Of a stretch of 64,000 nucleotides of DNA, positions 32,122 to 40,523 are shown piece by piece (the first letter of the stretch is position 1; the number at the start of each line of letters is the position of its first letter). A program made the position numbers and the translations under genes. Source of the stretch: a bacterium (GTDB lineage: Bacteria > Zhuqueibacterota > Zhuqueibacteria > Residuimicrobiales > Krinioviventaceae). Location: contig CAXXMD010000003.1 in the NCBI GenBank assembly GCA_963675755.2, forward strand, positions 832,001 to 896,000. Direction: 5' to 3'. The notes under the pieces are model-generated. The model saw only the letters and a list, made by a program, of their open reading frames with translations, did not search any database and was not told the DNA's origin.

Positions 32122-32790
32122 TTAAAATAAATAACCAATAGTAAACTTTATACTATCTATTTTATCTTGAAGACTTACTCCTTCTATATTTTTTGTTGAA
32201 TACTTTGCTTGAATAACATTTATAGACAATGCAATTTGTTTATATGAAAATCGAAAACCTAAATAATAATTTTCTGTAGAACCGATCTTGCTATCTACAA
32301 GTATATAATCGAATTTGTATGGTTTTTCTTCAGGTTGCAGTTGTCTTATTTTTTTAGCTTGATTTGTTGTATTATCCTTTAATGGAATTGAAACACTATA
32401 CCCCATGAAAATATCAAATGAGAAATTTCCTCCAAAATTAAAAGTATATCCGGCTTGTAATGGTAATTCTAAAAGTGAAATATTGATATCAAAATCACCC
32501 GTCATTACAAATGATGCATATTCTGGTGGACTCATTGAAGGCCAAGTCCGTTCTTTGATATCAAATCGTTTATTCTGATAAAATAACCCTGTACCCACAA
32601 AACCGCCAAAGGTTTTCACTGGATAGTAATCCAATCCCAATCCTGTAGAAAATCCAAATTTTGGTGTACATGGATCATTACGAAATGTAGATTGGTTGAC
32701 GCCCAGTTCCACATATTGTACTGTTTTGGCCGTAACGTTTTGTGTAAAAAGCAATACCAGTACCCCAAAAAGAATTTTAAAAGTATTCAT
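32122..32790 (-). CDS. Outer-membrane beta-barrel (porin/PorT-like) protein
   Basis: Signal peptide; alternating aromatic beta strands (ISLLELPLQAGYTF); C-terminal beta-signal TIGYLF; paralog of 33257-33931. Confidence 0.75.
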   Translation of the reverse strand: MNTFKILFGVLVLLFTQNVTAKTVQYVELGVNQSTFRNDPCTPKFGFSTGLGLDYYPVKTFGGFVGTGLFYQNKRFDIKERTWPSMSPPEYASFVMTGDFDINISLLELPLQAGYTFNFGGNFSFDIFMGYSVSIPLKDNTTNQAKKIRQLQPEEKPYKFDYILVDSKIGSTENYYLGFRFSYKQIALSINVIQAKYSTKNIEGVSLQDKIDSIKFTIGYLF

Positions 32791-32832
32791 AGCCAATCCT
32801 TTTAAAAATAAAAGATTTTAGTATAAAAGATT

Positions 32833-33051
32833 GATCCCTACAGCGACCTTATAGCGATTCCCCTTATCGTAATGATATACCCCGTCACACATGAATACCC
32901 CTTGCGAATTATGTAATCAATAATTATTGTGTTTTGTACTTCCCTGTGAAATGCTGTTGTGAAAAATTGTCAATCTGCTTCCCACCCGGTTAACAATTAC
33001 AACAACATTATATATCTTTTAGAGTATAAGTAATTTGATCTCATTTGTAAA
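32833..33051 (-). promoter_or_regulatory. Promoter (TTTACA-N17-TATACT, 33023-33051) and conserved structured 5' leader B
   Basis: The leader shares TAATTCGCAA..TCATGT..GGGGTA..AAGGGGAA.CGC..CGCyGTAG with the leader at 34650-34856. Confidence 0.6.
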
Positions 33052-33097
33052 GCAAAATATTCGCAACAATCGCAAAAAAAACAATCTTAACTTCATT

Positions 33098-33199
33098 TGA
33101 TCACCCGGCAATCCGCCAGCTGACGGATGCCGGGTGGAATATTACGGGACGAATGTCCCTATAAGATATTCCACGATGCAGAAATCTGCATCACGATCA
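33098..33199. repeat. 102-nt multi-hairpin element, copy 2
   Basis: TGATC[ACCCGGCA..TGCCGGGT][GGAATAT..GGGAC GAAT GTCCC..ATATTCC][GATGCAGA AA TCTGCATC]..GATCA; about 40 nt of flank (33200-33240) is also shared with copy 1. Confidence 0.9.
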
Positions 33200-33256
33200 G
33201 TAAATAAATACTGGACATTCTTCATTTTAATTCCCCCAAGTTTTTGATTGTTTTTG

Positions 33257-33931
33257 TTAAAACAGAAATGCAAATGAAATTTTGATACTATCAATTTTAT
33301 CTCCCAAACTTGTATTTACTATATTTTCAGTTGCTGTTCTTGCACTCAAGTAATCTATACTGATAGACATGTTACGATAGGCTATACTTGTGCCGACCAG
33401 GAGATAGTTTGATGACGTTACATGTGTTTCATCCTTTTGCACATAATCAAATTCGAGATTTTCCTTTTCCTCCGGTGCAATTTCTCTACTTCTTTTTGGG
33501 TTCGATGTTGTGTTATCATTGAGAGGTACAGAAATAGCATAACCAGATAAAAAGGTTAAGGTAATGTGTTTTCCCACATCAATGGAATAACCCAACTTGA
33601 TGGGTATTTCAATGAATGTTATATTGATATCAAAATCTTTAATTGATACAAAAGAAGGTGTTGCTGGCGGGGCAGCAGAAGGTAACGTACGGTCCTTGAT
33701 ATCCATTTTTTTATTTTGAATACCCAGACCCCACCCCCAAAACCCCCCGAATTTTTGCCACGGATAGTAATCTATTCCCAATCCCCCGGAAATACCGTAA
33801 CCCGGCGTACAGCTTTCGTTACGGAAGGTTGACCGGTTTATGCCCAGTTCCACATATTTTACAGTTTTGGCCGCAACATTTTGTGTAAAAAGCAATACCA
33901 GTACCCAAAAAGGAATTTTAAAAATATTCAT
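33257..33931 (-). CDS. Outer-membrane beta-barrel (porin/PorT-like) protein
   Basis: Signal peptide nearly identical to 32122-32790 (VLVLLFTQNVxAKTVxYVELG); C-terminal ISFAFLF. Confidence 0.75.
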   Translation of the reverse strand: MNIFKIPFWVLVLLFTQNVAAKTVKYVELGINRSTFRNESCTPGYGISGGLGIDYYPWQKFGGFWGWGLGIQNKKMDIKDRTLPSAAPPATPSFVSIKDFDINITFIEIPIKLGYSIDVGKHITLTFLSGYAISVPLNDNTTSNPKRSREIAPEEKENLEFDYVQKDETHVTSSNYLLVGTSIAYRNMSISIDYLSARTATENIVNTSLGDKIDSIKISFAFLF

Positions 33932-33945
33932 TTCCTCTCCAAAAA

Positions 33946-34611
33946 TTAAAACTCATACCCCAATAAAATTAAATATGAATGCATCTCTTCATCATCAATA
34001 TCAGCTTTTCCCACTGTTTGAATTTCATAGAAATCATACATATAACGAAATTCTAACGAAATATGAAAAACTGACAATCCAAATCCTGAATGCAAACTCC
34101 AACCATTTTCAAATGCCGGATTTCCCATTTCCAGAATATAATCATAATCATATTTCACATTCGACCAATCATCCATATCGTGAATTTCAAAAAGGAATTC
34201 CTGTCTATTAGTTTTTGACATGTAAAATATTCTTGTAGAAAAAGACGGGCCGGCATAAAGGTTAAATCCTATTTTTTTATTTATTTGATAATGGTTTTTT
34301 AATAATAATGGGAATTCTATTACTCCTATGGAATAATTTATATTATGTGAAAAAATAGCCCCAGTATATGTTCCACCTAAAATAACATCATTCATTTCTC
34401 CTTTTTTAGCAGAATACATCAATTCTAAATTAATTGAAAAATATGTATTTACCGGATTATTTTTATAAAAACATAGTGTTGTTCCCGGTTTTGCTTTTGT
34501 TTCAATCGATCTGAACTTTGAAAAATTAGTTCCTATTTTGATTCCATAATTACTATCAGCATATATGGATGATAAAGAGAATAAAATTAAAACAATACAA
34601 AGACGTTTCAT
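33946..34611 (-). CDS. Outer-membrane beta-barrel (porin family) protein
   Basis: Signal peptide, YGIKIGTNFSKF, IEFPLLLK, YAGPSFS, C-terminal LLGYEF; AAGGAG RBS. Confidence 0.78.
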   Translation of the reverse strand: MKRLCIVLILFSLSSIYADSNYGIKIGTNFSKFRSIETKAKPGTTLCFYKNNPVNTYFSINLELMYSAKKGEMNDVILGGTYTGAIFSHNINYSIGVIEFPLLLKNHYQINKKIGFNLYAGPSFSTRIFYMSKTNRQEFLFEIHDMDDWSNVKYDYDYILEMGNPAFENGWSLHSGFGLSVFHISLEFRYMYDFYEIQTVGKADIDDEEMHSYLILLGYEF

Positions 34612-34649
34612 TATTAACTCCTTTTATAAATTGATCTTGAATTTAGCAT

Positions 34650-34856
34650 ACCTCTACGGCGGTCTGAAGGCGTTTCCCCTTGCTTTCATAATGTACCCCA
34701 CAGTACATGAGCATCTCTTTGCGAATTAGATTACAGTATTCACGTGTAGTACGACCCCGTGTAGCGCTGAATTACAAACGAGTTCCCTGATCATTCGTTA
34801 TAATTTACACATCCAGCACTCTTTTTTAGGATAGATAAATTATTCGATCTTGTCAA
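34650..34856 (-). promoter_or_regulatory. Promoter (TTGACA-N17-TATCCT, 34828-34856) and conserved structured 5' leader A
   Basis: About 210-nt leader with hairpins carrying GGG-rich loops; homologous to leader B. Confidence 0.6.
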
Positions 34857-35187
34857 GGGGAATTGTGTTCTTGAGCAATTTTTTATTATATGTCATCGGT
34901 TGTCAGTGAGCTAACCGAGGGGATTGGGACCAGGAGGAGAAAGAGTAAACGGCCCTTGTCCTTCGATACGTCCCGAATCAACATGTCGCGATGCAAAAAA
35001 TCTATGTCGCAATCATAGAAAAAAACAAGATAAATACCAGGCCTTCGATACTTGAATCCATTCACCCTTGGCGAATGGATTCAAACTCAGGCACCGGTTA
35101 TTGATAATAAAGGGAGGCAGTCCGCTTTCAGCGGACAAACGAAATAAATTTCGTTCTACATGTAGATCCCATTTTAATGGGATTGTC
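34739..35187. repeat. 449-bp direct repeat, copy 1
   Basis: Matches 37033-37481 at a constant offset of 2294, about 10 substitutions by eye. Confidence 0.97.
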
Positions 35188-35237
35188 CACCGTTAGGTGG
35201 ACTGTCTCCAAGACAATAAAAACACCCCCCTTAACAT

Positions 35238-35293
35238 ATTGGATAAACGGAGTTTATCCAGCCATGGCGTTCCCAAACAGGAGTTTGGGAACG
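35238..35293. repeat. Two adjacent REP-like palindromes
   Basis: TGGATAAAC-GGA-GTTTATCCA and CGTTCCCAAAC-AGGA-GTTTGGGAACG. Confidence 0.65.
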
Positions 35294-35587
35294 AGAAAAA
35301 TACTATGCTAACAAGCAAAATCGTAAAATAAATCACTTTTTTTTCTTTCATGTCAAGCTCCATATTAAATGTGTAATACTTTAAAGAGAATAAACATTTT
35401 GAAACATTATGTAAATAACAACTTGACAACTGCTATGCCTAAAATCAATTTAAGGTGCCACCATATTCGGTTTTCCAAATCTGCCCTTAATAAACACATA
35501 ATCAAATTCCCCCTTATTATTCAAATTGCTATTTTCAATTTTATTACTTTTATAATAATTTGTTTAATATGGTGTTAATATAATTCA

Positions 35588-36838
35588 TTACCAAAGGACA
35601 CTTACCCCCCTGTTTTTCAAAATGGGTATATATTCATTGATTGAAAGACTGTCAAGTGGATTGTCTGATAGAATAATACTAACCCCCTCTTGTAATCCTG
35701 TATTGTTAACCAGGGGTTCAATATTACTAATGTTATTGTGACTCATTGTAAGAAAATTAAGATTTGTTAATTTTTCTAACGATGAAATATCAGTTATATT
35801 ATTATAATCTAATTGTAATCTTTCAAGCTTTGTAAGTGTTGATAAAGGGGATATGTCAGAAATATGATTATGCTTTAAAAACAACAGTTCAAGCTTAATA
35901 AGGTTTGTTAACGGTTGAATTGTACTTATGTCGCATTTAGATAACCAAAGAAGACGCAAATTTACTAATTGGGTCAATGAGGTTATATCTTTTACTGATG
36001 AACCACTTAGCCATAATTCTTCCAAATGAACGAAATTGGATAGTATGGAAATATCACTGATTTGGAAATTGTACATAATATTGAGATATGTTAATTTTAC
36101 TAAATTCCGTAAAGGAGAGATATTCGTTATTTCGTTTGAATCCAGGTTTAGATAACGCAATTCAGTTAGGTCAGCTAATGGGGTAACATCTCTGATTTTA
36201 TAATTCTGACTGAAATTAACATGCTGCAAGTTTATCAAATTTGATAGTGGTGATAAATCTTCAATTTGCTGTAATACCATTGACAGATATTCCAGATTAT
36301 CACATTGTTCAACGCCATCTAATGTTGTGACGTCCTGAGTTACAATATCCCAAGATTTTAATGAATCCAGAGAGGCAAGTTCCGTATTTGATATTTTCAG
36401 CTTTGGGCTTTTTATCTGGAGGCGAGCGTGTAATTCCAACGCAGGATCTTTGAATGATACTTGTTCTCTTGGCAATACCGTTACGACCACTTGATCGGTA
36501 TTGCTTTGTTCACTCTCATTTGTAATTGTTAAAGTGTATTTATATGTCCCTTCTTTAAGAAAACCAAGCGTCTGGACCAACTTGTCTTTACCTTCTCCAG
36601 AAAATATAAATGATTCATTCGGGTTGTCAATATCTGCTGACCATTCACACCAGTAACTGTCCCCCGGTCCAGGATTCGATGACGTGGCATCTAATGTCAC
36701 ATACCCCCCCACAATTGTAGTTTGGTCAGGTCCGGCATTGGCAATCAAAGAATCGGTCGGTTCTGATGCGTTTTTATTACAACTGATGGTAACTAAAATC
36801 AAACAAATCAAAATACCCCAAAATGTGTTTTTTATCAT
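35588..36838 (-). CDS. Leucine-rich-repeat (internalin-like) lipoprotein with N-terminal PKD/Ig-like domain
   Basis: Lipobox TISC; IANAGPDQT..VTLDATSS..EGTYKYTLTIT; about nine 22-aa repeats of type LxxLxLxxNxIxDISPLxxLxx. Confidence 0.9.
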   Translation of the reverse strand: MIKNTFWGILICLILVTISCNKNASEPTDSLIANAGPDQTTIVGGYVTLDATSSNPGPGDSYWCEWSADIDNPNESFIFSGEGKDKLVQTLGFLKEGTYKYTLTITNESEQSNTDQVVVTVLPREQVSFKDPALELHARLQIKSPKLKISNTELASLDSLKSWDIVTQDVTTLDGVEQCDNLEYLSMVLQQIEDLSPLSNLINLQHVNFSQNYKIRDVTPLADLTELRYLNLDSNEITNISPLRNLVKLTYLNIMYNFQISDISILSNFVHLEELWLSGSSVKDITSLTQLVNLRLLWLSKCDISTIQPLTNLIKLELLFLKHNHISDISPLSTLTKLERLQLDYNNITDISSLEKLTNLNFLTMSHNNISNIEPLVNNTGLQEGVSIILSDNPLDSLSINEYIPILKNRGVSVLW

Positions 36839-37032
36839 TACGTTTCCTTTTCTTTATTAAGATCATATTTATTAAAAAATTAATCAATAGGAAAAACTCT
36901 AGTTTAAAATTGAGTTAATATCTCCACAACAGTTTACTCATAGAGTTGAACATTTAAACTAATTCAGATAGCGCCAGATATCAAGTCGCTTTTATAGCTT
37001 CTGTAATGACAAATAATATAGAATAAATATAT

Positions 37033-37481
37033 TTCACGTGTAGTACGACCCCGTGTAGCGCTGAATTACAAACGAGTTCCCTCATCATTCGTTATAATTT
37101 ACACATCCAGCACTCTTTTTTAGGATAGATAAATTATTCGATCTTGTCAAGGGGAATTGTGTTCTTGAGCAATTTTTTGTTATATGTCATCGGTTGTCAG
37201 TGAGCTAACCGAGGGGATTGGGACCAGGAGGAGAAAGAGTAAACGGCCCTTGTCCTTCGATACGTCCCGAATCAACATGTCGCGATGCAAAAAATCTATG
37301 TCGCAATCATAGAAAAAAACAAGATTGATACCGGACCTTCGATACTTGAATCCATTCACCCTTGGCGAATGGATTCAAACTCAGGCACCGGTTATTGATA
37401 ATAAAGGGAGGCAGTCCGCTTGCAGCAGACAAACGAAATAAATTTCGTTCTACTTGTAGGTCCCATTTTAATGGGATTGTC
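37033..37481. repeat. 449-bp direct repeat, copy 2 (contains TTGACA-N17-TATCCT on the minus strand, 37122-37150)
   Basis: See copy 1; the promoter here faces the LRR gene. Confidence 0.97.
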
Positions 37482-37559
37482 AACTGCCAGGAGGACTGGA
37501 GAGTGTGCCAAAACGTCTAGCATAAAAAATATTATCCAGCATTGCGTTTATATCAGTAT

Positions 37560-37661
37560 TGATCACCCGGCAATCCGCCAGCCGGTGGATGCCGGGTCGA
37601 ATATTACGGGACGAATGTCCCTGTATGATATTCCACGATGCAGAAATCTGCATCGCGATCA
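37560..37661. repeat. 102-nt multi-hairpin element, copy 3
   Basis: TGATCACCCGGCAATCCGCCAGCCGGTGGATGCCGGGT...CGATGCAGAAATCTGCATCGCGATCA; flanks differ from copies 1 and 2. Confidence 0.9.
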
Positions 37662-37933
37662 GTTTATTTATAACCCACCTGAGGTGGGTAAACGAAAAAA
37701 AATTCGTTCTACAGCTAATCGGGCCTATTTTTTATCCTATCATCCTTGAATCTTAAAAATCTTAATTCAGACAATTCTCCCGGGATTTTTTAAATGTATG
37801 AAACCCGGGCCACAGGCTCTGGCTACGGACTAATTCTTTTTACCTGACAAGCAAAGCAATGAACAGAACGGTCCAATTTTACTGTTTCAATAATGTTTAT
37901 AAATTAGTATTTTATAAGAAAACCGGAGATTCT

Positions 37934-39178
37934 ATGAGCTTATCAGAACCGTTAAAAAAACCATATATTTTTGAATTAACAGGTGTTGTACAGCATTACA
38001 GTTGGGGCGGCACCCGCTATATCCCCAATTTGATTAACATTGAAAACAATGATCAAAAATCTTTTGCCGAATACTGGCTGGGCGCACACGACAAGGCCCC
38101 TTCAACAGCAAGCGTTCATGACAATCAGGCGTTATTGAATGAACTGATCAAAAATTCACCGGATATGCTGCTTGGCAAAGAAACCCTTGATCGTTTTGGC
38201 CCAAGTTTGCCGTATCTGTTCAAAGTATTAGACGCAAGAGACATGCTCTCTATTCAGGTGCACCCCTCAAAGGATCAGGCAGAAGCTGGTTTTGAACGTG
38301 AAAACAAGGCAGGTATAGCGCTGAATGCACCAAACCGCAATTACAAAGACAACAACCACAAACCGGAAGTGCATGTAGCCCTGACCGATTTTTGGATGCT
38401 GCACAGCTTTCGCGAAGCCCAGGAGATTGATCATCTTTTAGAAAAGACCGAAGAATTTGCATCACTGTTGCCCGTTTTTAAAGAGGGTGGCATTGAGGCG
38501 CTGTATAGTCATATCATGCAGCTGCCCCAAACAGAAATAGATTCAATCCTGAATCCCATGTTCAACCGCTTGACACCCAAATATTACAATCGTGAATTGA
38601 ACAAAGAGAATCCCGATTACTGGGCGGTTCTGTCTGCGATCAAGTTCCCCATTGAAGGCGGTCATCGTGACCGGGGAATTTTCTCCATTTATCTGTTTAA
38701 TTTAATCCACCTCAAACCCGGCGAAGCCACATACCAGGCAGCGGGAGTACCGCACGCTTATCTGCAAGGTACCAATATGGAGCTGATGGCAAACTCGGAC
38801 AATGTGCTGCGCGGAGGGTTAACTCCCAAACATGTAGATGTGCCGGAACTGCTGAAAACCCTGAATTTTAAAGGCCAGCACCCAGATATCATCAGGGGAG
38901 AAAACATTTCCAAGGTTGAATCTGTCTACGCTACGCCGGCACCCGATTTTGAGCTGTCCCGTGTTTGTATTGATCGTGATAATCGATATAAAAGCCAGGA
39001 ACAACACGGCGCAGATATATGGATCGTTATGGAAGGTGATACAGATGTTTGCGGCAAAACCAATGTGATCAACCGCAAACGGGGCGAGGCATTTTTTGTC
39101 CCTGCGGACCTGCCCTATTCCGTAAAAACAGAGTCAACCGCACAGCTCTATAAAGCAACCGTACCTATGAATCAATAA
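37934..39178 (+). CDS. manA: Mannose-6-phosphate isomerase, class I
   Basis: QHYSWGG, AEYWLGAH, LPYLFKVL, LSIQVHP, NHKPE, HAYLQG, ELMANSDNVLRGGLTPKHVD; start set after a GGAG site. Confidence 0.95.
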   Translation: MSLSEPLKKPYIFELTGVVQHYSWGGTRYIPNLINIENNDQKSFAEYWLGAHDKAPSTASVHDNQALLNELIKNSPDMLLGKETLDRFGPSLPYLFKVLDARDMLSIQVHPSKDQAEAGFERENKAGIALNAPNRNYKDNNHKPEVHVALTDFWMLHSFREAQEIDHLLEKTEEFASLLPVFKEGGIEALYSHIMQLPQTEIDSILNPMFNRLTPKYYNRELNKENPDYWAVLSAIKFPIEGGHRDRGIFSIYLFNLIHLKPGEATYQAAGVPHAYLQGTNMELMANSDNVLRGGLTPKHVDVPELLKTLNFKGQHPDIIRGENISKVESVYATPAPDFELSRVCIDRDNRYKSQEQHGADIWIVMEGDTDVCGKTNVINRKRGEAFFVPADLPYSVKTESTAQLYKATVPMNQ

Positions 39179-39190
39179 CAGGAATTCCCT

Positions 39191-40429
39191 ATGAACATAT
39201 ATGCTATTATAATTCTCGTCACAATCATTCTGGATTATGTAATTGACCTGATAACAGACCTGCTCAACCTGAAATCTCTCAGCGGCGAGCTGCCGCAGGA
39301 ATTTGAGGGCTATTACGATGCGGAAAAGTACCGTAAATCACAGGACTATACCCGTGTTAATACACGTTTCGGGTTTATCACCGACACATTCGGGCTGGTT
39401 GTTACTCTGGTGTTCTGGTTCGCGGGTGGATTTCAGTACCTGGATTCCATTGTACGCGCCTGGCACCTGCACGAAATCTGGACCGGTTTGGCCTATATGG
39501 GCATTCTGGTAGCGGCACGGATGATCATCGGGCTGCCGTTCAGCATCTATTCAACATTTGTGATTGAAGAAAAATTCGGATTTAATCAAACCACGGTAAA
39601 AACGTTTATTCTGGATATCATCAAAGGTATCTTTCTTGGCATCCTCATTGGGGGACCACTGCTGGCAGGAGTTTTGGCATTTTTCCAGTATGCCGGCAGC
39701 ATGGCCTGGCTGTATTGCTGGATTGTGGTAACTATTTTCACACTCATCATCCAGTACATTGCCCCCACATGGATCATGCCCCTGTTTAACAAATTCAAGC
39801 CAATAGAAGACGGTGAGCTCAAAAGCAGTATCATGCAAATGGCAGAAGAGGTTAAGTTCCCGCTCAAAGAAGTAATGATTATGGATGGTTCCAAGCGTTC
39901 CAGCAAATCCAATGCGTTTTTCACCGGATTCGGCAAAAACAAACGCATCGCCCTGTTCGACACCCTGGTAGAACGTCATACCGTTGGCGAGTTGGTGGGT
40001 GTGCTGGCTCACGAGATCGGGCATTATAAAAAGAAACACATCCTCAAAGGCATGATTATCAGTATTGCACACTCGGGTGTGATGTTTTTTCTGCTGTCGC
40101 TGTTTATTTCACAAAAAGGACTCTTTGACGCGTTTTATATGCAGAATATATCCGTATATGCCGGACTGTTATTCTTTGGGATGCTCTACTCCCCCATTGA
40201 AATGATCTTGTCTATTTTCATGCAGATATCATCCCGTAAACACGAGTACGAAGCAGACCGGTTCGCGGTAGAAACCACCAAAGAGGGTGAAACCTTTATC
40301 GAAGCGTTGAAAAAGCTGGTGGTGCACAATCTTGGCAACCTGCGTCCGCATCCGGTTTATGTGTTTTTCAACTATTCTCACCCACCGGTGATGGAACGCA
40401 TTCGGGCCATTAGAGAGATAAAACCATAG
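39191..40429 (+). CDS. M48 family (Ste24-like) zinc metalloprotease
   Basis: LAHEIGH (HExxH), DGSKRSSKSNAFFTG, SRKHEYEADRFA, YSHPP. Confidence 0.95.
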   Translation: MNIYAIIILVTIILDYVIDLITDLLNLKSLSGELPQEFEGYYDAEKYRKSQDYTRVNTRFGFITDTFGLVVTLVFWFAGGFQYLDSIVRAWHLHEIWTGLAYMGILVAARMIIGLPFSIYSTFVIEEKFGFNQTTVKTFILDIIKGIFLGILIGGPLLAGVLAFFQYAGSMAWLYCWIVVTIFTLIIQYIAPTWIMPLFNKFKPIEDGELKSSIMQMAEEVKFPLKEVMIMDGSKRSSKSNAFFTGFGKNKRIALFDTLVERHTVGELVGVLAHEIGHYKKKHILKGMIISIAHSGVMFFLLSLFISQKGLFDAFYMQNISVYAGLLFFGMLYSPIEMILSIFMQISSRKHEYEADRFAVETTKEGETFIEALKKLVVHNLGNLRPHPVYVFFNYSHPPVMERIRAIREIKP

Positions 40430-40523
40430 CAGCACAATAAATCACAAACCAAAAGGGGTACGGTTATGTCAAAATCTTTTAAAATATTTTTGTTAAAAAT
40501 TCTAACTTGAAACGGAGCTATAC

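Noticed and set aside
33098-33199. tRNA (cloverleaf-like fold)
   Set aside because: No T-loop consensus, D-loop GG, 7-nt anticodon loop or 7-bp acceptor stem; the arms are too long.
34650-34830. c-di-AMP (ydaO) or other known riboswitch
   Set aside because: Only superficial GGGG and CGTAG similarity; the conserved GCTGAATC and AGCTAAC segments are not recognisable. Kept as an unknown motif pending an Rfam search.
34739-37481. Composite transposon with IS flanks
   Set aside because: The 449-bp repeats encode no transposase and show no terminal inverted repeats.
31974-37661. Integron attC array
   Set aside because: The repeats lack RYYYAAC/GTTRRRY cores and fold as multi-arm junctions, the genes have their own promoters, and no intI is in the window.
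31974-37661. CRISPR array
   Set aside because: The repeats are 102 or 449 bp and are separated by kb-scale coding DNA; there are no regular spacers or cas genes.
37420-37756. ORFs of 109 aa and 65 aa in the repeat region
   Set aside because: They are composed of REP-like and 102-nt element sequence and show no protein-like motifs.
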